From contig CP089276.1 of the NCBI GenBank assembly GCA_023920165.1, positions 3,968,001 to 4,032,000 of the forward strand: a DNA stretch of 64,000 nucleotides. Direction: 5' to 3'. Source of the DNA: Curvularia clavata. Taxonomy: Eukaryota. The position numbers and the translations under genes are program-made. The notes under the pieces were generated by a model. That model ran no database searches. It saw only the letters and a list, made by a program, of their open reading frames with translations, and was not told the origin of the DNA. Numbering within the stretch: position 1 is the stretch's first letter; every line of letters begins with the position of its first letter. Below, one piece after another: positions 52,461 through 64,000 of the stretch.

Positions 52461-54645
52461 ATAAACGTCAGGATTGTAGGAATTATATACACCAAGATAT
52501 CCCCGCACATAACCAACAGAGGCATGACGACGAACGGAAGGGATAGAGGAGCAAGCAAACAAACTGCTTACTCAGGTGCTCCAAATGTCACAAGTAAGGG
52601 ACAGTGAGGCATTAAAGCTACTGTTTTCCACGGCATGTACACCTACATCCAAGCATATACGCCAATGACACGGTTTATTCTTAGTCGACAACGCTTTTGT
52701 TTCGACCCGGAGGAAAACTGAATCGAGCGATGCATTTTGAAGCCGCTTACTGAGTCGACAGGTACCACACGAGAAAGAGACGGCTACACATGGCGCCTAT
52801 CAACCCAGCTCCACTCTGCACAACAAAGAGCCGTTTACCGTCTACTACCTTCAATTCAACTCGATGCATCACCTGTCCAAATATAACTTGTTCACGCTTC
52901 GCTACATTCCACATTCCTGCTAGAGGCTAGGCTTTAACCCGAGTTTCAATCGAGAAACAGTGCACTGTACTGTTCTTGGACATTGATGCTCACAGACTAT
53001 AACATCTGGCGCACTATCTGTGTCTGCTACCGCATCATGATCCCACCCACCACACACTCCATTCTGCAAAAGAGATGGTGGTTGTCCTTGCGCCCATCAT
53101 GTCAAAAAAAGACAGAGATTTCTGTTCCTGCGCCGGTATACGACAATAGACTATTAAAATGCTGCAGTATAGCATTACTGACAACGGAAAATCACAGTAT
53201 TCTTTACTCTCCCAAAAGAGCGCGTGCTCGTGCCATGATAGGAACAGCCTGAACACCACCGCCATATACCCGCCATCTCTCGAACATAACATACAAACCT
53301 AGAAACTACTGTAGCATGCTAAGTTGCCAAGCTCAAAAGACAAAAATGCGACCCACAATCAAGTAGTTAAACATCAATTCGGAAAGCAATCGCTGGTAGT
53401 AGTATAATAGAGTGAAGAAGATGCTTATCTATTCTAGAAGAAAATGTCGTATACCCACAGCCGGGGGATGATACATTCCTATACTACAATCCATTACCAT
53501 GCTACAATTCCATCTCTCTCTGTGTGTGTCTTTCTCACACATACTCACACAAGAACTCATTGGCATGACATCTTACATATATCTAGTATGCGTCATATCT
53601 TTATGTAATCTATGCGTTCGAAATAAACAGTGAGCGTTTCATCGCGTCAAGAACTACCCCATCTCCCTTGGAGCCAGTGAAGGCAGAAAGCATGACGCGT
53701 TTACATAGAGCCGGCACCTATACGCCATGAATCTTGATTGCCACGTGGCTGGGGTTAATTCTAGATAGCGAGACTAGGTTAGGCTATTTCAAAATGGTTA
53801 GACAAATGTCTGGATCGCGATCGAAATAAGTACGACGGCAAACTAAATTTATTTGTCCGATATAGGGCTGAAAGGGCTGTGCGGGATGACAGCGTGGCGG
53901 CGGGAGTGGGGGTGCGGTAGTGATGATGTCGTTGATGTTGAGGCTGATGAAACCTGATATACCATCGGGATCACGGGCTTGCGAAATCGCATGTCGCTGC
54001 GCTGAAGAACAAAGCCACATCTATGATATATGACGTAGTAGGCAGTAAAAGCAAAACACCAAAAAACAAGTCATGGATATATCGAAAGCCCAAGCAAGGT
54101 TGCGAAAGGGCGTGTGTGGAATTGATGAATCAAATATTTATTGTTCATATACTCTGTACATTTCCCAAGAAGTGGAGATGACGATATTCATCTGTCCAAA
54201 ACGTGGGCGTCGGCCGAAAAAAAAGAGTGATAAGAATAGAAGAAAGAGCAAGTTCAAGCAATCCCGGACGGGATTACACGAGGCTTGCATAATGGCAGAG
54301 GTATCTCGCCTCAGCCAGTCCTGTTGATCCAGATGCCAGCCAGGTAATCAAAAAAAGTACATTCAAAAACCGACCGTCCGTTTTGTGATCCGCCGTCATA
54401 AGGTAAAATCCAATGTACAAATGTGCGTATCGACGCGACAGTCCGCCTCCGTAACTCTGATTACGAAATAAAAAAAAACACGCTAAATGTGCAAATCAAA
54501 AGCCTTTCCATTAGGCACCAGAGAAGGAATGACGTGAAAAAGCCATACAACCAGGTACCGAAAGGAAGGTGAAATACAAATGTCAAGTAGAAACAAATGA
54601 AGAATAGTATGAAGAACAAGAAAAGGTCATGTCGTCGAAATCTCT

Positions 54646-54861
54646 CTAATTCGACCCTTCTCTAACGCTTTCGGTCGGGGTGCTGGGAAAGCTAAAGTCG
54701 ACGGGCGATGGGGGAGGAGCCGGAGTTTCGTTGAAACTTGAAGAGCGAGAGAGGCTGGCCGAGGCTTTGAAAGCGGCGCTGACATCGTGGCCAAGGGTCG
54801 TGTTGGTGAGGATGGAGAGGCGCTTGCGCGGGTTGAAGGGGGTTGTTGAGGTGGGCATCAT
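54646..54861 (-). CDS. Candidate 71-aa Ser/Pro-rich microprotein; probable 5'-UTR intron 55215-55094
   Basis: CATCAAAATG start context after a CA-rich leader, C-ending codon bias, and an upstream GTAAGT..CTGAC..TAG intron. It is the only plausible gene in ~5.5 kb. Confidence 0.55.
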   Translation of the reverse strand: MMPTSTTPFNPRKRLSILTNTTLGHDVSAAFKASASLSRSSSFNETPAPPPSPVDFSFPSTPTESVREGSN

Positions 54862-57800
54862 TTTGATGGTTGGTTGGTGTGATTGGTTAATTTGGAAGGT
54901 ATTGAAGTTGTTTGTATGTACAGCCAGTTGATTTCACAAGCAGTACGTAAAATTTAGCTTTGTTGTGGTGCGGAACCAAGCGGCGTCGCTGGGTGGGCAA
55001 TGAGCAAGATTATGTATTGATGGGCCGTGTGTTGGGTGTGTGACAATAGGCCGGCTGAGGACTGGGTTCGGCAGGAATAATCGAATGGTAAATCTAGAAA
55101 AGGGATGAGTCAGACGCTAATTGCCATGGATATGGAAGAAAGGCGAAGGCCGTGGCACAGGGCTGGGATTCTGGGGGATGCGCTGGCGTGCAGGCGAATG
55201 CAGGGTTACACTTACGTCTAGTTTCGGATGGAAGCAAGTGAGCGGACTGCAAGAATGTGTTGGCTAGCAGGCTGGTTAAGAGTATGTGGCAAGGAAGCGA
55301 GGTGGCTTGGTATAAAGTGAAGCAAGGGCTGACGTGTTTGAGGTACAAGACGGATGGTGAAAGGTAGTTCTCTCGGGAAGGATTGTAGAGAATTGACAAC
55401 TACCGCGTGGAAGGGGCGCTTGTCTTATACACGACGACCAAAGCAGGAGATCAAGCGATTATTCACCGCCGGAAGGACAAGCCTGACTCGCATCACTAGT
55501 ACTATTACAGGGCCCTTCCGGACGGGAAAGACGCTTTGAGCCAAAAGCAAAAAAGTGTATCAGGGCTTGAATCAAAGGGCGCGCCGGCAGCAAAGTCGGG
55601 GAAGCGGATGAATTGCGACAGGTTGCTTTGGCGGCCGACGTTGCACCTGGGGGCCCGCAAAGTCCAGGCCATGCCCGGACGGCGATCAGGGCTGCAGGCA
55701 AGATTCCTCATGTCAGAGGAAAGTGGCAGACGGGCCGAAGAAGCGAACCAATACGCTGTACGCCAGCGGGTGCCGGCGGGTGAAAGTTGGTCGCGACGTG
55801 ACGTGGGCTGCCTAGAGTGACAGCCAGCACAGAGAACGCGAGTAAAGAGAGTGAATGGTTTAGGTTCCCTGGCGTAAGCATCGTAACATCGAATGGCACC
55901 ATCGTCATCATCAGCATCATCATGACTGGGCAATCAGCCATGGCTAGGCCGGGCCGAGCATGCAATTCACTGACCGCTCCTCTATCAAGGCATGGATGGG
56001 AGATATGCACACATCCCACGCGAGGCTGGTAGTGGTGCGCGCCCATGGGATGCGTGTGGGATTAGGATGGGGAAAGTGGAGCTCCGGCCTTGATCCCCCG
56101 GATCCCAACGGCTTGGGATTCGCCCTCTCCTGAGAAACAAGGCGTATAGTTTGTATGCGCCCATATGCGCCCGTATGCGCCCACACCTACGCCTAGGCCT
56201 TTGCTCTCCACTCGACCTAGGCTTGCAGAGCTGGGTGAAGCGACAACCATGGACATCCTGGTGTGATGCGGGAATAAAAGGAATAACAAAAACAGTGATG
56301 CACACCCCGCGCGTCGGCTGTGGCATCAATCGCGTTCTTCGCTGAGATCAGGCTTCGAGAAGGCTGCTCGGAACAACGCTCGAGCCGGCATGTGTTCCGG
56401 GGGGAGTGATATTACCCACTCCGCACTCTACCCCTATCAAGCACGGTTACAGGTCTCGCGCAAAGAGTGACATGTTTGGCCCTTTTCCGCTGTCTTGTCA
56501 AGGACTACTATGTATCCGGCCGCCTTGTCCCTGCTATACTCTTGGCTAGGCATGGAGCCGTAGATCGGAAACTTTGGCGGCGTAGTCTTCCCTTCAGAAA
56601 GTCTCGACGAATCCATGTGTGCGACGTTCTGAGTAATTCGTAACTACCTTTGTGTCGTCCGCATCATCCGAACCATCGATCCGCGAGCCCATTTACTGAT
56701 AAGAATATGGACTGCCGAAAGTGCCCAACGCGCCCCCCGCAAACTGTGCGTCTTGTTTTTTCTTTTATCATTTTTCGCGACCTCATCATACTTTTTTTTG
56801 TTGCCAAGTTCATCAGTGGTAGCGTCGTTCCATGATCCGCGACGAATGGGAAGCCGTCGGGAGACTTGTGGTATACTTTAAGCATAAGCTAACGCAATTC
56901 CGACATCACCTCATGTTTCGACTACCAAGGGAGTAATACCATGCGAACTTTGTCCGGTGCTTTCCCCATCTTTGCTTGAATGATTGGAATCCCGCATTCC
57001 CCGCATTGGCCTACTGCACGGCCTGATCTGGGGCATCCTGATGTCCGCCTCATCTTGGGTCCTGTCGGGACAAAGCCATCCGCCATGGGTGTGCAACGTT
57101 GCCTGTCGGGGCTGGGGGAAATATACCGGCTTTTGCGCATCACGCTCGTGTGTCGTCCAGTTTGAAGGCTGCGTAATTGAAGTCGTGTTAGCGGGTTTCC
57201 CAAACCTTGCCTGTCCAATTGCAGCCTCGTCGACAACCATTGGCCTGCTTTTCTGACCGATGTGGGTGATTCAACAAACTTTGACCGCAACTCTGTAGAC
57301 CGCAACTCTCTAACGTGGATCCGTATTCTTGGACCTAAGGTGCTCACTAATTGGGCGAGCATGGAACTATTCCGTGAAGGGAGAGCGTGGAAGGGAAGAG
57401 AAAGCGGGAGAGCCCGCGGAAGTTGTTTGTCCCTACCAATACTGAGTGCTCTTTCCCTATCTAGCAACTGAGGCAGCCACCCACCGGCCTGCATTATTGT
57501 TTTTACTCAACCCCAACAACTGTGGCTTCTATTCTGGAACATTGCTTCCTAATATGGCAGCTTCCGATACTCCTATGCATAGCACTCAAACTGTGTGAGA
57601 TCTATTCGTGTCCTCCCCTTGAAACAGCTTGATGTGTGCTCGTATCACTTTCACCCGAGGGGCCGCACCGTCGTATCCGTGGATTCTGGTTGAGTTACCT
57701 CATGCCCAACTGATACTCTGGTTCCCCCACACGCGCAGTAGGTGTAGTTTGGTTTGAAGCTGTGATCTACGAGTCTTGGCTTATCGACAAAGTTGGTACA

Positions 57801-58272
57801 ACAATAAGAATCGATCATACTCACCGTTCAGCCTACAAATGTCAAGTGGGGCTGACAACTATAATCTTATAGCCTTATCAAAATATCGACGAAAAAGAAA
57901 ACAACGCTTGACAAGACTTGAGGCGGGGTGAAGAGTACCTTTGCTAGTCAAAATCGCACAATTCAAAGGCAACACCACCATAACCGTGTAAACGTCATGC
58001 GATAGATAATGTGATTTGACTTTGTTACCACGTATATTCGTATCTGCCCCGTGTCACTAAAAGCTTCTAGGCGCATTTTATCAGAGCTGTGGTCTGGTCA
58101 ATTTTATTCCGACTCTTTTGGGACACCGAGAGGGTGTAAAATGTCTTCATTACGCGTGTCGAAAGGGATATCCGTATACACTTAGATGTGTGTGTTTTGG
58201 CACTGATGATGATGCGATTTTATCGGACTACTTTGGTACGAGCCCTTGTAGTTGCCACACGATCGACGAACC

Positions 58273-59331
58273 TTATTCTCCTTGCATCCCCCAATATCCC
58301 ACCCTCTGCGATTTTGGCACTGTCATCTTAAAATGTAAATCGTCCTCATCTTCCCCACTGCCAAGCGCCTCGTCACCATTGTCATTGTCAATGTCGTATT
58401 CTTCGTCGTCACTACCATGACGATACTTTGACTTGTACAGGTTCCGGTCAAACTCGTCGTCATCGCTCATCTCATCTTCCGGGTAGTCGTTGGCGTAGTA
58501 GTCTTCGGCATTCTCATCCTCATCGTCTGTGTCAAATTCTCGATCGCTGGCTTCTTCATTGTCCCACCAATCTGCGTCCTCTTCGCCGATAACTAGCAGA
58601 CCTACAGTACCAGTGGGCTCGGGCGCATTCGGCAGGACCGGCTCGCGGACATAGTGGTCATAGACATATTCGCTGTCAACATCCATTGCGTCGCCGTCCA
58701 TAGCATGGCCATCATGCGGGGATAGAGCTGCGACCTTTTCCGGATGTCGCTCAGCAAAACGTTTTGCTGGGGCCTTGGGTTTATATTTGGAGGGGGAGAC
58801 TGGGGGTATCTTGAGGTTGTCTGTTTTCTCCACCTCTTTTGACAATGCTTCGAGCTTGCGGACATCGTTTTCAGATGGCTCTGAGACTTGAGGCTGTCTT
58901 TGTGCGCCTGGTCTCGATGTATGACGCAGTGCGCTCCCCGCACCAGGCCGCTTCCGCGGTCGTGATGTTGTGTCGGGTTCAGGCTCTGATGCCGGCGACT
59001 GCACTTGCCCTCCAACCAACGCACTCTCATCCCTTCCAGGTTCCTGTTCTTCGACAAAGTGTCTCTTCGCCCCGATTCTCGATATAGGGTCTAGGCGAAA
59101 ACGCCTTTGTGCGGTCGGTGTCGGAGGGGCTGAGGCTAGATGGGCTGAGGCATCGTCGCCTGGCTTGGTGAGTCGGCGAAAGAAGAACTGTACTTCTGGC
59201 TCAGAGGTGAAGCCTGAGTCTAGATTCTGACTCTTTTGGCGCTTGACTTCGTGATTGATACGCAGCGAGTCCACTGGTGCTTCAGTGCGTTTGCGCTTGA
59301 TAGATATCGTCTGCGGTGGCATATGCGACAT
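58273..59331 (-). CDS. IWR1: RNA polymerase II nuclear import factor Iwr1 family
   Basis: N-terminal PPQTISIKRKR; C-terminal EYVYDHYVRE..DDEDENAEDYYANDYPEDE. Confidence 0.85.
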   Translation of the reverse strand: MSHMPPQTISIKRKRTEAPVDSLRINHEVKRQKSQNLDSGFTSEPEVQFFFRRLTKPGDDASAHLASAPPTPTAQRRFRLDPISRIGAKRHFVEEQEPGRDESALVGGQVQSPASEPEPDTTSRPRKRPGAGSALRHTSRPGAQRQPQVSEPSENDVRKLEALSKEVEKTDNLKIPPVSPSKYKPKAPAKRFAERHPEKVAALSPHDGHAMDGDAMDVDSEYVYDHYVREPVLPNAPEPTGTVGLLVIGEEDADWWDNEEASDREFDTDDEDENAEDYYANDYPEDEMSDDDEFDRNLYKSKYRHGSDDEEYDIDNDNGDEALGSGEDEDDLHFKMTVPKSQRVGYWGMQGE

Positions 59332-59347
59332 GGCGACTACAAAACCA

Positions 59348-59465
59348 CCACTTGCAAAAGTAGCTGTAGTTGTCACGGTTACTTATGGTTTACTATGTTT
59401 TTGGCACTTACGACCCTACCCTCGAAAGTAGCGGTATTTGTCACAGTTGTCTTTTACTGTGTTGA
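59348..59465 (+). repeat. Copy B of the ~120-bp dispersed element
   Basis: AAAAGTAGCTGTAGTTGTCA is identical to copy A over 20 nt; TTACTATGTT, GAAAGT..GTATTTGTCACA and CTGTGTTGA are collinear. Confidence 0.8.
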
Positions 59466-59832
59466 CAGCGTAGGTGAGCTCGTTTTGATTGTCGAAAGAG
59501 ATACTAGGGCGGGGGTGGAGGTGACATCAAGCCCTTGCGGCCATCCCGCACTCTGCAGGCAGAGCCCCATGGCTAGCGCGACGTCCGTGCGACAGCGACG
59601 TGCACCGCGACATCACCTGCCTGCCATCGCTGCTCATCCACGCGCTGCAGTCATGAGTTGGACTAGTGCCCGTGCTGCCTGAATATGTCTGTTTTCCTCG
59701 CATGTACACGGTGAACCTTCGCATCCCCTTTGAGAAGCCTTACTTCTACCTAGCCTTCTTATCACGACGTCCATAACTCCGCAACTCCGCCCCAGACCCG
59801 ATAGCACTTGGTCCTCGATACACGTGTACACC

Positions 59833-61235
59833 ATGGAGCGCTTACGCAAGATATTCGATCGTGAAGAACCGGCTGCCTCGTATGAGCCACTACAGGGTGG
59901 TTCTGAGCGGCCTGATGGAGAGCATATTGACGCCGAAGAGCAGGCCTTCTCGTGGACCGACTATGCCGTCTTCACCTTGCTGGGAGTTGCCATGCTATGG
60001 GCCTGGTATGCTTCAAAGCACTCTTGCTACTAGCATAAGACTGATAGCCGTCTAGGAATATGTTCCTGGCAGCAGCACCGTACTTCCAACGACGCTTCGA
60101 GTCCAACGATAGCCTTCTCCGCAACTTCCAGTCTGGCATTCTCTCAGTCTCAACCGTAGGCAACCTCGGCTCCATGATTGTCCTGACCAAGCTACAAGCC
60201 CGCGCAAACTACCCCAGACGCATCATCGCCTCGCTCGCACTGAACGCTATTGTCTTCGCACTGCTCGCTATATCCACAAAACTGTTCCTGGGCGTATCCG
60301 TGGGCGTCTACTTTGCCTTCCTCATGGTTATGGTGTTGATTGCTAGTTTGGCTACCGGGCTGTGCCAAAACGGCGTCTTTGCCTATGTATCTGGCTTCGG
60401 ACGAGAAGAGTACACCCAGGGAATCATGTCCGGCCAAGGTGTTGCCGGTGTCCTGCCAGCCATTACCCAGATCATCTCCGTGCTCTCTGTACCCAAGACG
60501 AAGCACCATGTTGACGGAGCCCCGCAAGAGTCTAGTACATCTGCATTTGTCTATTTCTTGACTGCCACTGGCGTTTCTGTTGCAACTTTAGTCGCCTTCT
60601 TCTACCTGCTCTCCAGGGACAGTTCCAAGCAGCGCATGATGCGCACTTCCTATAACGAGGATCCCGAATACGATACCGACCGTAGCGAGCGAAAGGGTGT
60701 GCCACTGACAAGATTGCTCAAGAAGCTCTTCTGGCTCGCTGGCGCCATCTTCATCACTTTCGCAGTAACCATGTTCTTCCCAGTCTTTACGCCTCAAGTG
60801 CTAAGCGTACGAGACCCATCCAACGCATCTCGCCTGTTCCAACCTGCCGCCTTTATCCCTCTGGGCTTTTTCTTCTGGAACCTTGGTGATCTGATCGGTC
60901 GCGTTGGTCCCGCGCTGCCAGCCCTCCGCCTCACACATCGTCCGCGGTTGCTGTTCTTCCTTTCTATTGCAAGGGTTTTATTCATACCCCTGTATTTTCT
61001 CTGCAATATTGGAGGCAAAGGTGCCACCATCCCTTCTGATTTCTTCTATCTCTTTGTTGTCCAGTTGTTCTTTGGTGTGACAAACGGATATCTCGGCAGC
61101 AACTGTATGATGGGTTTCGCCGAGTGGGTTGAGCCAGACGAGCTCGAGGCCGCGGGTGGCTTCATGTCGCTATGTCTGGTGAGCGGTCTCACTGTAGGCA
61201 GTTTTCTCAGTTTCTTTGCTGCGCAATCTTCGTGA
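59833..61235 (+). CDS. FUN26: Equilibrative nucleoside transporter (Fun26/ENT family); intron 60006-60055
   Basis: Spliced LLGVAMLWAWNMFLAAAPYF. Further motifs IMSGQGVAG, NLGDLIGR, FGVTNGY and GLTVGS; about 11 hydrophobic segments. Confidence 0.88.
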
Positions 61236-61437
61236 TCTGGGATAGATGTTGTCAGTAGCATGGATTCATGTCCCATATAATTCAACAGTTTTTTTATCTC
61301 TTGTTAAACCAGGACCTTATTCAATGCATTTAAGAATGCGTTTTCCATGAACGAAAAAGCTGTCATTTGTAGACACAACAACCTTGCGTGCCTGTTATAT
61401 TCATTCGTTTCTTTTATTTTGCATCGCTGCACAACAT

Positions 61438-62388
61438 TTACAAGGCACCAAGCTCCTTGAGCTTGCTAATCATGCCATCCACATCCTCGACCTTGACACC
61501 ACCCTTGCGCGGCGCCGGCTCCGTCACCTTGACCGTCTTGAGCCTAATCTCGGTATCCAGACCGTAGTCGCTCAAACTCTTCTTGTCTAGCGGCTTCTTC
61601 TTCGCCTTCATGATATTGGGTAAACTCGCGTAGCGGGGCTCGTTGAGTCGCAGATCCGTCGTAATCACCATGGGCAGCTTAGCCTTGATCGTCTGCACAC
61701 CACCATCGACCTCCTGGACAACCTCAACAGATTGATCATTGATAGTGACCTTGGATGCCTGTGTAGCTTGTGGCCAGTTGAGCAGGCCAGCCAGCATTTG
61801 ACCTGTTTGCCCCGCGTCGTCATCAATGGCTTGCTTTCCCAATATTACCAGGTTGCTCTTTTGTTCCTCGACGACTTTGCGCAGGAGCTTGGCTACGCCT
61901 AATGGTTCCAGTGCATCCTTTTCCTCGACAACAACGTGGATGCCGCGGTCGGCGCCCATGGCCATGGCTGTGCGTAGGATGTCTTGGGATTTGGCGACGC
62001 CGGCGGAGAAGGCTACGATTTCCTCGACTGCAGGGGCGTTGGCGTGGTGTGCCTTCTTCTCGCGCATACGCACGGCTTCTTCGATTGAGAGTTCGTCGAA
62101 GGGGTTCATCGAGTGCTTGACGTTTGCGGTTTCGACGGCGGTTTGCGCGCGGTTGACTCGTGGTTTGACCTGACCAAGAACATGTTATTTATTGTACACT
62201 TGTTACTCTGTACAGACAAGGGTCAATCCACTCTCCCAATGGAACATTCAGCCGCTGAAGCGTATGTATCTCTTGCATGCCATTGCAATTGGGAGTGTGA
62301 ATCCATCCTGTCGCATTTCTTAGTGGAATGAACATACCGCATAGTCAATGACCCGTTTAACGGGTACTAATATCCTCAGTCCTGACAT
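61438..62388 (-). CDS. ETFB: Electron transfer flavoprotein beta subunit; intron 62337-62170
   Basis: Spliced MSGLRILVPVKRVIDYAVKPRVN..VKHSMNPFDELSIEEA. Further motifs GKQAIDDD and DLRLNEPRYASLPNIMKAKKK. Confidence 0.96.
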
Positions 62389-63320
62389 CTTTTGTATATG
62401 GCGACTCCTCAACACCTGGAAAATGCAAGTGTTATAAAGTCAGTGCAAGTAATGATGTAGAAGAGCAAGGGTGGGGTGGATAGCATCGGAGTTGGTCCTT
62501 GGATTCACGGTGCTTAGCCGAGGCTTTTTCCGATGTCCTCGGACGGCCTTGGCACGACGCAATTCCAGCCATGTACCATTTGTATCTACCACGACATTGG
62601 ACTTTACATCGCTTAGACCTGGACTAGTCTTTGTAAATGCATAGATCTTATAGCTTGAGTGACCAGTTTGTGGAACTGCCAAGCGACTTGGCATATCTCA
62701 TTTCCGACCGAGTTTCTACATGTGACCATGCAGATGCGATGATCCGAATCGTCTTTCAGTATTACACGACCATAGGAAATAAAAGCAAAGCACAAAAACT
62801 AACCTTCGTGTAATATGCATTCGTAGTTACGGTGTAAGCCTAGTCAAGGTCCCAGTCTAGGTAACCACAATCGGAAGACGAGAACAATACTGTGTATGTG
62901 ATGCAAAGATACGACAATAGCGAGACACCGTTTTGAAATTGATTTGGTTAACATACACAAATTTCTGTTAGAGGCTGCAATCGATCAGGCAGCGTTATGA
63001 ATCATGCTCACTGCTGTTGGGGCATCAACATGGTTGCCTCGCACAGCCATCTCGCATGATAGTGGTAGTGTACATAATGGTACCACGGTAAGAGGAAAAA
63101 GCAGCAAGTATAAGACACAACTATTCTCCAAACCACTACGTCCTTCAACAACTCATTTAAGTTTCGAACAAATACCAGACTATCCGTACAACAAGAGCTC
63201 AAGGTTCGTTCAGAGTATAGCACATGAAGTGGACGAAGTGTAACTCTAGACTGACTCTACTTTGTAGAGCCAGCCACTCAAGCAAGCATCCTACTTAGCC
63301 GATAACGCACAGTTGATCTT

Positions 63321-63968
63321 ATGAAGTGGCCACACCAGTATATGGAACTGGTGCTGCTGGTGCTACACGTTCTATTCCTTCCTCCTCACGCTGCACCCAA
63401 TGTCCGTCTTGTGAGCCCAGCCATGGTCGCCAAAGAAGGCATTCACCGCTTGGCAAAACTCTTCCGGATGACGCGTCCTCCATCAAAGTCGGATCTTTCC
63501 GAACTTCCCTTGGATATCATCCTGATGATCGTAACATATCTTGACGGCTGCGACCTTTTCTCTCTTGCATTGACCTGCAAGAGCTTTTACCGTCTCTCAG
63601 AACGATGCCGTCTGTCCCTGCAACCGGCACAGAAACAAAAACTATTATTACTCCTAGAGAAGGATCTTCCGTTCCTCTATTACTGCCATCGATGTACAAG
63701 GTTGCATCGCTGGCGTGGTCGCCGGAGCAAACCCATCACTTCCTGGTACAAGGAGAGTCTACCTTGCAAGCGAAATCCAGACCATCACCTCTTCCTTCCG
63801 CCTACCTGTCAAATTCCCTATTATCATGCGCGTCTGGTCATGAACCGACACCTCTATGGCCCAGAGCATGGCCTGCCTCTCGAGACACTCAAACCACATT
63901 GCTTTCAGCAAGCACGCATCTTCAATGACCAACTTATGATTCTGTCAGTCATATCAATAAAGAACTAG
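63321..63968 (+). CDS. F-box protein (start uncertain; possibly C-terminally truncated)
   Basis: F-box motif LSELPLDIILMIVTYLDGCDLFSLALTCKSFY, followed by LLLLEKDLP and YYCHRCTRLH. Confidence 0.65.
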   Translation: MKWPHQYMELVLLVLHVLFLPPHAAPNVRLVSPAMVAKEGIHRLAKLFRMTRPPSKSDLSELPLDIILMIVTYLDGCDLFSLALTCKSFYRLSERCRLSLQPAQKQKLLLLLEKDLPFLYYCHRCTRLHRWRGRRSKPITSWYKESLPCKRNPDHHLFLPPTCQIPYYHARLVMNRHLYGPEHGLPLETLKPHCFQQARIFNDQLMILSVISIKN

Positions 63969-64000
63969 ATATACGGTTCAGATGCACTCAGATTCAGTAT

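Noticed and set aside
52325..52489. snR30/U17-like m1/m2 motifs (ATAATTCCTA, AAACCAC) in the candidate RNA
   Set aside because: Both deviate from AUAUUCCUA/AAACCAU, no ACA box follows at the right distance, and the first overlaps the apparent TATA box.

Overview
A gene-dense window of a filamentous ascomycete genome. Short GT-AG introns with CTRAC/CTRAY branch points and the gene content suggest a Dothideomycete/Pleosporales fungus; that assignment is inference. I could reconstruct 22 protein-coding genes from the ORF track plus splice signals: SRR1-like, a BIM1/X325 histidine-brace GPI protein, Nup82, Cbc2, Pdx2/Sno1, an Sfp-type PPTase, a MAPEG protein, zeta-COP, a probable mitochondrial helical-repeat protein, a Zn2Cys6 factor, an ENA P-type ATPase, a TM-RING-H2 ligase, a DDHD phospholipase A1, an F-box-like protein, Rqc2/NEMF, a TBC Rab-GAP, a low-complexity protein, NEDD8, Iwr1, an ENT transporter, ETF-beta and an F-box protein; a 71-aa small ORF is a further candidate. 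No transposase, tRNA, rRNA or CRISPR array is evident. The strongest unexplained signals are: (1) a ~240-nt highly structured minus-strand RNA candidate at ~52217-52460, with an upstream TATA box and a T7 end; (2) a ~120-bp internally dimeric intergenic element present in three full copies and one half copy; (3) a probable non-AUG (ACG/CTG)-initiated mitochondrial presequence on the DDHD lipase; (4) a GC-AG intron that fuses two ORFs; (5) nine PacC-type sites upstream of ENA; and (6) a long hairpin inside the ETF-beta intron. All structure and alignment statements were made by eye and need computational confirmation.
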